A DNA stretch of 22,877 nucleotides. Origin: a candidate division WOR-3 bacterium. GTDB taxonomy: Bacteria > Hydrothermota > Hydrothermia > JBDRYB01. Both the position numbers and the translations under genes were made by a program. Shown piece by piece: positions 8,859-16,850 of the stretch (the stretch's first letter is position 1; each line of letters starts with the position of its first letter). The stretch spans positions 1 to 22,877 of the forward strand of contig JBMFOM010000020.1 of assembly GCA_049969615.1 (NCBI GenBank), written 5' to 3'. Below the pieces are notes generated by a model. It made no database searches. It saw only the letters and a list, made by a program, of their open reading frames with translations, and had not been told where the DNA came from.

Positions 8859-10400
8859 TCACAATTTCTTTATCACCATCAGCGTTATATCATCTGACTG
8901 GGGCGCGCCACGGATGAAGGCCTCTATTTCCCTGACTATGGCGTTCCTGATGTCAACAGCGGAACCAGTCCCGTGTCTGGAGACAACATCAAGAAGCCCT
9001 TGTTCCCCGAACTGGTCGCCTGCCTCGTTCATAGCCTCTGTCACACCGTCAGTGTAGAGAACAATGGCGTCCCCTGGCATCATGGTGAACTCTGACATCT
9101 CCAGTATCTCAGCGTATTGCTCTCTAGAGAGCAGGGATATTCCCAAAGGCGCACCATCCGGCTCAAGCCATCCCGATTTGCCCACGCTAGCCCTGAAAAG
9201 AATTGCAGGGTTGTGCCCAGCAGAAGCGACCTGAACGAAGCTAGTTTCTGGCTCCAGAGCCACCGCGCACGCTGTCACGAACATGTCATCGGGTATCTCA
9301 CCCCTGAGCTGATCGTGCAGGGAGACAAGGAGGGCCTTTGGATTGTCATCAAACGCGGCTTCCATGTTCGCCATTGTTCTAGTCATTACCATGATCAGCG
9401 AGCCACCCACGCCCTTTCCAGCGACATCGGCCATTATGAACCCGGACTTGCCCTTCGCCATCCTGAAGAAGTCATAGTAATCTCCGCCAACCACCATTGC
9501 CGGTTGATAATAGGCGGCGACCTCGTGGCCGGCTATCCTGGGCAAAGCGCGGGGCAGGAGGATTGCCTGGATCCTCTGGGCTATCTCAACCTCGTGTTTG
9601 AAGCGCTCTGTCTCCAGGAGCCTCTGTTGGGCCTCCTTGAGGTTCCTGGCCATGACATCCACAGAATAAGCGATGAGGCCGACCTCGTCCCTGCTCTTGA
9701 CCTGGACAGGGTGGTTGAGGTCCCCACGCCCTATTATTTCAATGTCCTTTGTCAGCCTCACCAGACCCCTGACTACCATGGTTGTAAGGAGAAATATGCC
9801 CAGAATCCCTATTACGGCGAAGGCCGCGGCCACTCCAAGCAATCCAACCAGTGTCCTCCGAACCGCTTGGGTTATGGGGTCTTTTGAAAACCCCAGGTGA
9901 ACATAGCCAGCCTCGCTCACCTTGCCTGTTCGGGGTTCTTTGACCACTATTGGTGCTCTTATGTCATATCCGGCTGGGCCCTCGCTTATCAGGATGGGGA
10001 AACCTTCATCTGTCATTATCTCTCGCTTGGCAGTGAGCTTTTGCGGACACCTGAACGGAGTATCCCTAAGGAGGACCGAGTCCGGATGCGCCTTGATTAT
10101 TTCCTTTGTGTCGGTTATCACGCAATAGGTTATGCCAGGATTTGACTTTTCCACATTCGCGGCCATCGTGACGAGGGTGAGATCATCGTCAAATATGAAG
10201 GGTTCCTTCGCGGCCGCGGAAAAGCTTGTGGCAAGAGCAACGCCGTTGCGCTCCATCTCCTCGGTCAACGTGTTGATTTGCCTGTTTATGAAGAAGAGAA
10301 AAACTCCGGCCAACATTATAAGCACAAAAAATGTTGTCCAGAGGGCGAACTTCAGCCGTAGGCCGAACCTCTTCTTGAACCTGGGCGTGTCCTGCGTCAC
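8859..10400 (-). CDS. Membrane sensor-HAMP-PP2C (SpoIIE/RsbU-type) serine phosphatase
   Basis: Two TM helices around an extracytoplasmic domain. HAMP segment (GDLNHPV...RDEVGLIA). PP2C motifs VGGDYYD, ADVAGKG, SAGHNP, YTDGVTE, DDIT. Confidence 0.93.
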   Translation of the reverse strand: MTQDTPRFKKRFGLRLKFALWTTFFVLIMLAGVFLFFINRQINTLTEEMERNGVALATSFSAAAKEPFIFDDDLTLVTMAANVEKSNPGITYCVITDTKEIIKAHPDSVLLRDTPFRCPQKLTAKREIMTDEGFPILISEGPAGYDIRAPIVVKEPRTGKVSEAGYVHLGFSKDPITQAVRRTLVGLLGVAAAFAVIGILGIFLLTTMVVRGLVRLTKDIEIIGRGDLNHPVQVKSRDEVGLIAYSVDVMARNLKEAQQRLLETERFKHEVEIAQRIQAILLPRALPRIAGHEVAAYYQPAMVVGGDYYDFFRMAKGKSGFIMADVAGKGVGGSLIMVMTRTMANMEAAFDDNPKALLVSLHDQLRGEIPDDMFVTACAVALEPETSFVQVASAGHNPAILFRASVGKSGWLEPDGAPLGISLLSREQYAEILEMSEFTMMPGDAIVLYTDGVTEAMNEAGDQFGEQGLLDVVSRHGTGSAVDIRNAIVREIEAFIRGAPQSDDITLMVIKKL

Positions 10401-10828
10401 GGTTTACCAGCCTTAAGTTTCTTGAAAAGCCTTATCTCCTTTCCATCAGAGAGGTTTTTGTATTCAAATTTGTCAACCAGAGCCTTCATGAAGGCTATGC
10501 CCATACCTCTTTCTTTTCCCTCCCTGAACCACTCCTCCACATCCGCGGCCACCTCCAGGACCTCAGGCGAGAGAGGCTTTCCCCAGTCCCTAACCGTTAT
10601 TGATATTCCTCCCTTGACCCTGCGTATCACTATCTTTATCGGGCCATAGCCCTCAGGATAAGCGTGCTCCATGGCGTTCGCTAGGGCCTCCTCCACGACT
10701 GTCTCTATATCATAGGACTCCTCTTCCTTGAGACCCATGTCCAGTGTCATATCAGCGATAAACGCCCTTATGTGTCTCAGGGAGCGCCTACTGAACGCGT
10801 AAAACCATAGATCAAGAACCTTTTTCAT
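10397..10828 (-). CDS. RsbW/SpoIIAB-type anti-sigma factor Ser/Thr kinase (HATPase_c)
   Basis: VEEALANAMEHAY (N box), VRDWG (G1), ERGMGIAFMKALVD (G2). Confidence 0.92.
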   Translation of the reverse strand: MKKVLDLWFYAFSRRSLRHIRAFIADMTLDMGLKEEESYDIETVVEEALANAMEHAYPEGYGPIKIVIRRVKGGISITVRDWGKPLSPEVLEVAADVEEWFREGKERGMGIAFMKALVDKFEYKNLSDGKEIRLFKKLKAGKP

Positions 10829-11211
10829 AGCTCTTGGGTTTTGAATAATTCCTCTAGCATCCCAGAGAGCCGCTTGGCCTCAAGGAAGAGCATCCCCAGC
10901 TTCACCTTTTCATTAGCGACCAGCGCGAGAACCTTGTCCTCACCTATTCCGGTCAGTAGGACATAGCCTTTTTCGCCCTTGACGAAAAAGTTTTCAAAAC
11001 TGCCCCTGTCCAGCTCCGCGGATATGCGCTCGCCAGCTGTGAGGGCAGTAGCCATCACGCCTCCAAGGAAGAGCTGGTCCTCGTCAATCCCGAGGCTACC
11101 AGACGCCGCAACGATAAGCCCATCGGCCGTGACCAGGGCCGCGGCCTCTATCTCAGGAACCCTAAGCCTGAGATCCTCCATAGCGTTTTCAAGAATCTCC
11201 GATATATTCAT
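10825..11211 (-). CDS. Roadblock/LC7 (MglB-like) domain protein
   Basis: IEAAALVTADGLIVA...GERISAELDRGSFE...GEKGYVLL...KLGMLFLE. Start moved to ATG 11211, which has GGAGA upstream. Confidence 0.92.
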   Translation of the reverse strand: MNISEILENAMEDLRLRVPEIEAAALVTADGLIVAASGSLGIDEDQLFLGGVMATALTAGERISAELDRGSFENFFVKGEKGYVLLTGIGEDKVLALVANEKVKLGMLFLEAKRLSGMLEELFKTQEL

Positions 11212-11234
11212 GATCAAATCTCCATTCGCTCCAT

Positions 11235-11264
11235 AGCATAAGCCAAGCCGGTGCGCTCGCGCAA
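11235..11264 (-). promoter_or_regulatory. Putative sigma70-type promoter of the roadblock-rsbW-rsbU operon
   Basis: TTGCGC-N18-TATGCT on the minus strand, upstream of the SD. Confidence 0.45.
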
Positions 11265-11324
11265 CTATTAAGGAAACCCGTGAAAAATCCCGGTTTGTCC
11301 TTTGAGGGTCTGGGCCATCATACT

Positions 11325-11354
11325 TTGCCCGGCCATCGCAGACTGCATTATAAT
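11325..11354 (+). promoter_or_regulatory. sigma70-type promoter, leaderless arrangement
   Basis: TTGCCC-N18-TATAAT, with ATG 11361 six nt downstream and no SD. Confidence 0.65.
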
Positions 11355-11360
11355 TTTCCC

Positions 11361-11865
11361 ATGCGGAAGCTTTTGGTATTGTTTCTTTTTGCTGGCCCCC
11401 TTTTCGCGGCATATGAATTTGCGGATACCAGCTCTGCCATTAGCATCATCCAATCCGCTGATTGGGACTGCACATCCGACATGATCCAGGGTGGCTCTGG
11501 TCTCCTGGAGTTCTCCGGGAGGGACCTGGAGGCTGTGGTTTTTTACGGGAAGAGCCCAAAACTCAAGACCAGCCAGGGAGCAGTCAGGGCTTTCCTTGAA
11601 GAGACTAGCAGACAGGTAGATTCCCTCGCAGTGGCCGGAGAGGATACCGTCACCCTGTGGGGATACCCTGCTTGTCTAGCGACTTACACCGGATTCGCGG
11701 AGGGCATGGATAGACATGGATAGAATAGGACGAATATACAGCCTGGTTTCGGGCGAGAGCTTCGTTACGGTGATCCTCGTCAAGAAGGGGGCAAAGGCCT
11801 TCTCCGAGAAGGATGAATCCGCCATCAATGGATTCCTGGGTGGGATATGGGTCAAGATAAAGTGA
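11361..11865 (+). pseudogene. Exported PsbP/DcrB-like protein, frameshifted by a 10-bp tandem duplication (or an assembly artefact)
   Basis: Signal peptide MRKLLVLFLFAGPLFA. CATGGATAGA occurs twice at 11705-11724. Removing one copy gives a 164-aa ORF ending at TGA 11865, overlapping the GTG of the RNase HI gene. The fold assignment is tentative. Confidence 0.75.
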
Positions 11866-12305
11866 GTTCCGGGCCGCGCGCGGAAAGGCTCTTGGTCCAC
11901 ATTGATGGCAGTTCGCTGGGCAACCCCGGGCCCGGCGGCGCGGGCATCTTCATAACAGACGAGGAAGGCCGAGTGATTTGCGAGAGGTCGGTTCCTTTGG
12001 GTATTGTCACCAACAATCAGGCTGAATACAGGGCTTTCATAGAGGCGCTCCGCTGGCTTCTGGAGAAGAAGGCTCGTGGAAATATAGAGGTGTTCACGGA
12101 TTCCCAGCTCCTCTACGAGCAGATTGCTGGCAGATACAGGCTCAAGGACCCGGAGTTGGCGAGGCTCGTGGAATCCGCGAGGGCCTTGATGGCCAGGCTG
12201 AGAGTCAGGCTCACCCTCGTGGAGAGAGAGAAAAACACAAGGGCAGACCTCCTGGCCAGGAAGGCGGCCAGGTACTTGAAAAGAAAGGACCCTGAGGGAT
12301 GTTGA
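11862..12305 (+). CDS. rnhA: Ribonuclease HI family protein
   Basis: IDGSSLGNPGPGGAG, TNNQAEYRA, TDSQL, REKNTRADLLA (catalytic D/E/D/D intact). Start is GTG 11862 or ATG 11847. Confidence 0.92.
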   Translation: MSSGPRAERLLVHIDGSSLGNPGPGGAGIFITDEEGRVICERSVPLGIVTNNQAEYRAFIEALRWLLEKKARGNIEVFTDSQLLYEQIAGRYRLKDPELARLVESARALMARLRVRLTLVEREKNTRADLLARKAARYLKRKDPEGC

Positions 12306-12380
12306 TCTTGCTTCCTGCTCATTATCCCCAATGGGTTGCCCGGAGGAACTAATGGGTTCTTTTTGGGATTTGGGAGAGAA

Positions 12381-12668
12381 ATGAAAAAGATGGGAAAAGC
12401 ACAGATGATAAGCGACATGGACCTTGTTCTTGACATGAACAGGGTGCTGGAAAAGATACCCAACAAGTATGAGTTCATCATCGTGATAAGCAAGTTCGCG
12501 CACATAATAGCACGCAGGGCAACGGAGGAGGGCATATATCTGAGGCGCAAACCCTATCTTATAGCCGCAGAAGCAGTCCTCTCCGGCGAGGTTCCATACG
12601 GGACAAAGGGTTCCCAGCCAGTTACCGCAGAACAGGCCAGACCCACCCGGAGAAAGAGAAAGTCTTGA
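12381..12668 (+). CDS. rpoZ: RNA polymerase omega subunit
   Basis: KIPNKYEFIIVISKFAHII...KPYLIAAEAVLSG resembles omega, and the gene lies directly upstream of coaBC, the usual context. GGGAG precedes ATG 12381. Confidence 0.75.
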   Translation: MKKMGKAQMISDMDLVLDMNRVLEKIPNKYEFIIVISKFAHIIARRATEEGIYLRRKPYLIAAEAVLSGEVPYGTKGSQPVTAEQARPTRRKRKS

Positions 12669-13810
12669 GGGTTCTTTTCGGAGTGACCGGATCCGTGGCC
12701 GCTCACCGCGGGTTGGAAGCCGCGAGGCTCGTGGCCAAGGCAGGCCACATAGTAAAGTGCATCCTGACCAGGAACGCTACAGAATTCATCAGACCGCTTG
12801 CCTTCAGGGCTCTGGTCGGAGAGACCTATACCGATGAGGATTTCTTCAGGGGAACCATCCACATAGAGCTATCATCCTGGTCAGATTGTAGGGTTGTCGC
12901 TCCGGCCACTGCCAACATCATGGCCAAGGTGGCACGAGGCATTGCTGATGATCTTCTCTCAACCACCCTCCTGGCGGCCGGCCCTCCTGTGATATTTTTT
13001 CCGGGAATGCACGAGTCCATGTGGCTCGCGCCCGCTACTCAGGATAACATTGCCCTCCTTGCGGCCCAGGGCCACATGGTTATGGAACCCATTGCTGGTG
13101 ACCTCTCGTCTGGTCGCGGCATTGGCAGGATGCGCTCTCCAGAGGATATTGCCTCATGTATCCAGGAGTGGGCAAGTGTCTTGGATTCCCTTAAGGGCAA
13201 GAGGGTACTCATCGCCTACGGGCCAACAGCAGAGCCGATTGATCCCGTTCGGGTGATAACCAACCTCTCATCCGGCAGAATGGGGGTTGAGATATGCAGA
13301 GCCGCCAGGGCCGCCCGCGCTTTCGTGACCGCGGTCCGCGGACCGGGCGTGCCCATCGCACCTGCCCACGATTCATATGCCATAAAAACTGCCCATGAAC
13401 TTTGGGAACTCCTCGCGAGGCTTGTGCCCGAGCACGATGTTGTCGTGATGGCCGTGGCAGTTGCTGACTTCAGACCCAAAGATGTCTCCGGAAAAAAGAT
13501 CAAACGAAAGGGGAACCTCGTCCTTGAGATGGAACCTAACCCGGATATATTGGCCGGGCTTCCCAGAAAACAGGGGCAGGTTTTCGTTGGGTTCTGCCTC
13601 GCTGAGGAGCGTGGTCTCTTTGAGAAAGCCAGGGAAAAAATGAGATCAAAGAGGGTTGACCTGATGGTGGCCAACGACATCTCTTCTCCGGGCGCTGATG
13701 AGGCCCATTTTATCCTTATCACAAAGAGGAAAACCGTTGATCTCGGTATTGTCTCCAAGGCCAGCGCCGCCTTCTCTATAATCCGCGAGATAGCCAGGAT
13801 AATTGGATGA
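12665..13810 (+). CDS. coaBC: Bifunctional phosphopantothenoylcysteine decarboxylase/synthetase
   Basis: GVTGSVAA, HIEL, APATANIMAK...GIADDLLST, GPTAEPIDPVRVITNLSSGRMG, AVADF, KKIK, NPDIL, VAND. Confidence 0.95.
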   Translation: MRVLFGVTGSVAAHRGLEAARLVAKAGHIVKCILTRNATEFIRPLAFRALVGETYTDEDFFRGTIHIELSSWSDCRVVAPATANIMAKVARGIADDLLSTTLLAAGPPVIFFPGMHESMWLAPATQDNIALLAAQGHMVMEPIAGDLSSGRGIGRMRSPEDIASCIQEWASVLDSLKGKRVLIAYGPTAEPIDPVRVITNLSSGRMGVEICRAARAARAFVTAVRGPGVPIAPAHDSYAIKTAHELWELLARLVPEHDVVVMAVAVADFRPKDVSGKKIKRKGNLVLEMEPNPDILAGLPRKQGQVFVGFCLAEERGLFEKAREKMRSKRVDLMVANDISSPGADEAHFILITKRKTVDLGIVSKASAAFSIIREIARIIG

Positions 13811-13855
13811 ATCCCATAACAAAACGCCTGTTTCCAGGTTTTCAAGAGTAATGAG

Positions 13856-14518
13856 ATGAAGGATAGGTCCTTGCCCCTTTTCTATCTGAGAGAGTTTTTT
13901 GGTCTCAGGGAGTTTTACCTGCCGGGAACAAGGGATAGGATCAGGTCCCTTTCGCTCCTGGCCGAGGTCGCGGCCCTCTGCAAGCGTTGTCCGCTTGTCA
14001 CCGAGAGAAAGAGGAATGTCTTTGGTTGGGGGAACCCATACGCCAGACTGATGCTGGTAGGGGAAGGCCCGGGCAAGGAAGAGGATGAACTGGGAAAACC
14101 CTTTGTGGGCAAGTCGGGTGCACTTCTTACCCGGCTCCTCTCCGAGATAGGGCTTGACAGGGAGAGGGATGTCTATATAGCCAATGTAGTGAAGTGCAGA
14201 CCTCCGGAGAATCGCGACCCCGCTCCGGGCGAAATATCAGCCTGTTTCAGGTTCCTAAAGCTTCAGGTTGAGATAATCTCTCCGGATCTCATACTCGCGC
14301 TAGGGAGGTTCTCCGCCAGAACGCTTCTTGGCCTTCCGCTGGAAGAAAGGAACTCTCTTGAACCCTTGAGGGGGAAGCTGCACCGCTCTGTCCTGGGTCC
14401 TGCCCTCATAGCCACATACCACCCCTCCTATGTCTCCAGGAATAAGACCAAACCAGAGGTAATTGCCGCGGCCAGAAAGGACTTCGCTTTTGTGGCTTCT
14501 GTGATGGGTTGGAAGTGA
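13856..14518 (+). CDS. Uracil-DNA glycosylase, family 4 ([4Fe-4S])
   Basis: CKRC, GEGPG, PFVG, NVVKCRPPENRDP, C, TYHPS. Confidence 0.93.
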   Translation: MKDRSLPLFYLREFFGLREFYLPGTRDRIRSLSLLAEVAALCKRCPLVTERKRNVFGWGNPYARLMLVGEGPGKEEDELGKPFVGKSGALLTRLLSEIGLDRERDVYIANVVKCRPPENRDPAPGEISACFRFLKLQVEIISPDLILALGRFSARTLLGLPLEERNSLEPLRGKLHRSVLGPALIATYHPSYVSRNKTKPEVIAAARKDFAFVASVMGWK

Positions 14519-14909
14519 AATCATCCCTTGAGATAAGGCCCATGTATCGCTGGACAGACAGGAGGATAGAGGCCTGTGTGTTCGTGTGCTTCCTGGCATT
14601 GGTCATGGCCAGGGAGCTTGATCTGAGGCTGAATAAGGGGATTGAGTGCGACGATGAGCGGATAACATCTGAGAGGACCTCTGAATATCTCAGCGCCCTG
14701 AAAGCTGTCAAGGTTGAAATAGAAGGTGGAGCGTTCATAGCCAGAACCGAGATAAATAAGGAGGCTTCGGGAATCCTCAGAACCCTGGGCATCCGAGAAC
14801 CCCACAGAATAGTCCTCGTATGTGAATAGGTCTCGCTGAGAACCCCCTCTGAACATGGTGCCAATTTCCCGGCCTTGATTCCTCCGAAAAATGAAGCGTC
14901 AAAGTTGGG
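14515..14909 (+). mobile_element. 3' remnant of an IS1634-family element (transposase C-terminus plus right end)
   Basis: VKSSLEIRPMYRWTDRRIEACVFVCFLAL matches the IS1634 transposase pattern 'KSxLxxRPxYHxxxxRIxAHVFxCFLA'. The ORF stops at 14829 and is followed by GTCAAAGTTGGG (14898-14909), which resembles a right terminus. No 5' part is present. Confidence 0.8.
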
Positions 14910-14978
14910 TTAATAATTCGGGCTTACGCCTGCCGCGAAATCCCGGTTATAACTAGCTTGCCAATGGGGATCAAGCGA

Positions 14979-14984
14979 TATAAT
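14979..14984 (+). promoter_or_regulatory. -10 box of a leaderless promoter for the nitrilase-family gene
   Basis: TATAAT, then 6 nt, then ATG 14991. TTGCCA at 14958-14963 gives only a 15-nt spacer. Confidence 0.55.
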
Positions 14985-14990
14985 TTGAGC

Positions 14991-15749
14991 ATGAAGATAG
15001 CTTTGGCAGTGAACGTCGTAAGCATGGACCGGATGGAGAACCTCGCAAATATCATCAGGTTGGCTGAGAAGGCAATTGCCAACCGCTCCAGGTTGATCCT
15101 GTTTCCAGAGGCCGCGCTGACGGGCCTTGTGAACAAAGACGATCCGAAACATGACCTTTTCCTCGGTGAGACAACGCATGGCCGTGTCATACGAAGGCTT
15201 TGCCGGCTGGCCAGCACGGAGATGATCTGGCTCGGAATTGGTTTTCTGGAGAGAACAAGGGGCACCCTGTATGATTCAGCGGTTTTGATAAATCCGAGAG
15301 GCAGTATTGTCCTAAAATACAGGCGAGTCAGTCCTGGATGGCATGGGAAAGAGGCTGATCCAAAGTTTTATCGCCACGGAAAGGATGTCCCGGTTGTGGG
15401 GACACCTTTTGGCAGGGTTGGTTTCCTCATATGCAGAGACCTCTTTGATGATGAGATAGTAGCAACAGTCCGTGAGAAACGCCCCGATCTGGTTCTGTTT
15501 CCCTTTGCCAGGAGCTTTGAGGACAACAGATGGGACACGGAGCGCTGGGAAAGGGAGGAAAAGCGGGTATATGCCGAGAGGGTGAAGCTCCTGGGAGCAA
15601 CAACCCTGATGGTGAACTATCTATCCGAAATTGGCGGTTTCTTCGGAGGTGCGATGGTCGTTTCACCAAAGGGAGAGATCATCCGCGACCTGCCCGCTGG
15701 GGTCTCTGGAATACTCGTTGCAGAGATTGATCTCTCTCGGAAACGTTGA
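14991..15749 (+). CDS. Carbon-nitrogen hydrolase (nitrilase superfamily)
   Basis: MKIALA start, LILFPEAALTG, YDSAVLINPRG, TPFGRVGFLICRD, GGAMVVSPKG. Confidence 0.92.
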   Translation: MKIALAVNVVSMDRMENLANIIRLAEKAIANRSRLILFPEAALTGLVNKDDPKHDLFLGETTHGRVIRRLCRLASTEMIWLGIGFLERTRGTLYDSAVLINPRGSIVLKYRRVSPGWHGKEADPKFYRHGKDVPVVGTPFGRVGFLICRDLFDDEIVATVREKRPDLVLFPFARSFEDNRWDTERWEREEKRVYAERVKLLGATTLMVNYLSEIGGFFGGAMVVSPKGEIIRDLPAGVSGILVAEIDLSRKR

Positions 15750-15766
15750 GCAGGGTTGCCAGCACG

Positions 15767-15795
15767 AACCATGTCAGGGCGCAGCTCATGGTTTT
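15767..15795 (+). terminator. Possible terminator hairpin after the nitrilase-family gene
   Basis: AACCATG-N13-CATGGTT followed by TT. The stem can be extended outward with bulges, but the U-tract is short. Confidence 0.3.
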
Positions 15796-15853
15796 GCGAC
15801 TGGTTGTCAGTATTGAATTATCAATAAAGTTCACTTACTTGACATCTTCAGTC

Positions 15854-15956
15854 GCTCTTTGGCACCCGGCCGCCACAAGGTCTCAGATCCTTAAAAACCT
15901 CCAGATCCGTCCGGTCTTCCCGGCTACACAAACACTCGATCCTGTGCAGGAAGTGG
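15854..15956. repeat. Intergenic repeat element, copy B
   Basis: Homologous to 8745-8857: two conserved end blocks with weak similarity between them. Confidence 0.8.
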
Positions 15957-15970
15957 TTTGAAACCGTAGG

Positions 15971-16420
15971 CTACTGCATTTTCATCATGGGACAGGGCAT
16001 GGCCTCTGGACCCATCATCATCTTCATCTCTTTCTCAACGGTCATACCAGATCCCATTGGGCCAATGGTGGCGAATTTCGCCCTCTGTTCAGGAGTGAGA
16101 ACCTTCATGACCTCAAGCCACAGGGAAAGTGCCTCGTTGAAAATGGCCTCGCGCGCCTTGAGAACCTCTGCGCCGGCTGACTTTATAGCCTTTTCGTCCA
16201 GGGTTTTGGCGGACTTGGCTTTCTCAAAAGCCAGCTCCTTCTTTTGCAAGGTGGCCTGCAAGTCTATCATCCGCATGTGGTGCTCGTAGAAGAGCTTGTC
16301 CAGCTTGTCAGACTGCTCCTGGGTAAGACCCAGCTTGTTCCTCATCATGGGGTCTTCCAGCGCGCATACGCCAGCACCGCAATCCATTGACACCGTCGCC
16401 GCGAGAATAAGTCCAAACAT
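15971..16420 (-). CDS. Spy/CpxP/ZraP-like (LTXXQ) periplasmic chaperone or metal sensor with a Met-rich tail
   Basis: LGLTQEQ and VLTPEQR motifs, AGGAGG SD, C-terminus MKMMMGPEAMPCPMMKMQ. Confidence 0.85.
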   Translation of the reverse strand: MFGLILAATVSMDCGAGVCALEDPMMRNKLGLTQEQSDKLDKLFYEHHMRMIDLQATLQKKELAFEKAKSAKTLDEKAIKSAGAEVLKAREAIFNEALSLWLEVMKVLTPEQRAKFATIGPMGSGMTVEKEMKMMMGPEAMPCPMMKMQ

Positions 16421-16440
16421 GTTAAACCTCCTTGGTCTAC

Positions 16441-16638
16441 CTATTGCTTGCCCTTGATCTCCGCGAGCCGTTCCTCAACTGCCTCAATCTCCTTTTTGAG
16501 CTCCTCAAGATAACACTCAAGCAGCTCAACCTCTTCCTTTCTAGTCAGGTATCTCCTGTGCATCTGGCCACAGCAACAACAGCAACACCCGTGGCCGTGT
16601 CCGTGCTTATGTCTTTCCCTTGTATGACAACATGTCAT
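16441..16638 (-). CDS. Small His/Cys-rich coiled-coil protein (DUF5320-like C-terminus)
   Basis: MTCCH...HKHGHGHGCCCCCC followed by RRYLTRKEEVELLECYLEELKKEIEAVEERL. AGGAG SD and ATGA overlap. Confidence 0.8.
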   Translation of the reverse strand: MTCCHTRERHKHGHGHGCCCCCCGQMHRRYLTRKEEVELLECYLEELKKEIEAVEERLAEIKGKQ

Positions 16639-16850
16639 TTCTGTCTCTCCTTTAGTTTTTCAATCTGTTCTCTGAGTGCCTCAATCTCATCCCACAAGGC
16701 GCCAAAGAGGCGCTCAGCTTCCTTTCTTTTCATGTAATTCCTGGCCACATAGCCCAGGATAAGACAGCGAAACCGCCCTATCCCTGTATACGGATCGCAA
16801 CACGAGGAGCCGGGGTTTTCTGGCATATCACAGCAATTCATCTCAACCAT
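16635..16850 (-). CDS. Small Cys-pair coiled-coil hypothetical protein (71 aa)
   Basis: MVEMNCCD...SCCD...DEIEALREQIEKLKE. It overlaps both neighbours in operon fashion. The longer ORF call overlaps padR and is unlikely. Confidence 0.7.
   Translation of the reverse strand: MVEMNCCDMPENPGSSCCDPYTGIGRFRCLILGYVARNYMKRKEAERLFGALWDEIEALREQIEKLKERQK

Noticed and set aside
8605..8862. 85-aa minus-strand ORF overlapping the phosphatase stop
   Set aside because: It runs antisense into the radical SAM gene, and its frame is not conserved between the two blocks in repeat copy B.
11212..11412. 67-aa N-terminal extension of the roadblock ORF
   Set aside because: It spans the divergent promoters and overlaps the opposite gene, and a good SD sits at ATG 11211.
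11676..12550. Long antisense ORFs (275 aa, 145 aa) and similar ones opposite the phosphatase, coaBC and alaS
   Set aside because: Shadow frames of well-supported genes with no recognisable motifs.
13001..13135. CoaC motifs read PGMH and GDLSSG instead of E. coli PAMN and ACG (catalytic Cys absent)
   Set aside because: Similar His and Ser/Thr variants occur in CoaBC of Actinobacteria and Bacteroidota, so this is not evidence of inactivation.
15854..15960. Minus strand has CCACT...GGGAAG...GAGACCT (cobalamin-riboswitch-like) and GGCCGGGTGCC (GEMM-like) fragments
   Set aside because: The 5' halves of both aptamers are missing, the element is 3' of genes, and the cobalamin-like fragments are not kept in copy A.
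16567..16610. Low-complexity repeat (TGT/TGC and CACGG units) as a contingency locus
   Set aside because: Mixed codons encode the poly-Cys and His-Gly tracts in frame, so this is protein-level selection and not a slippage tract.
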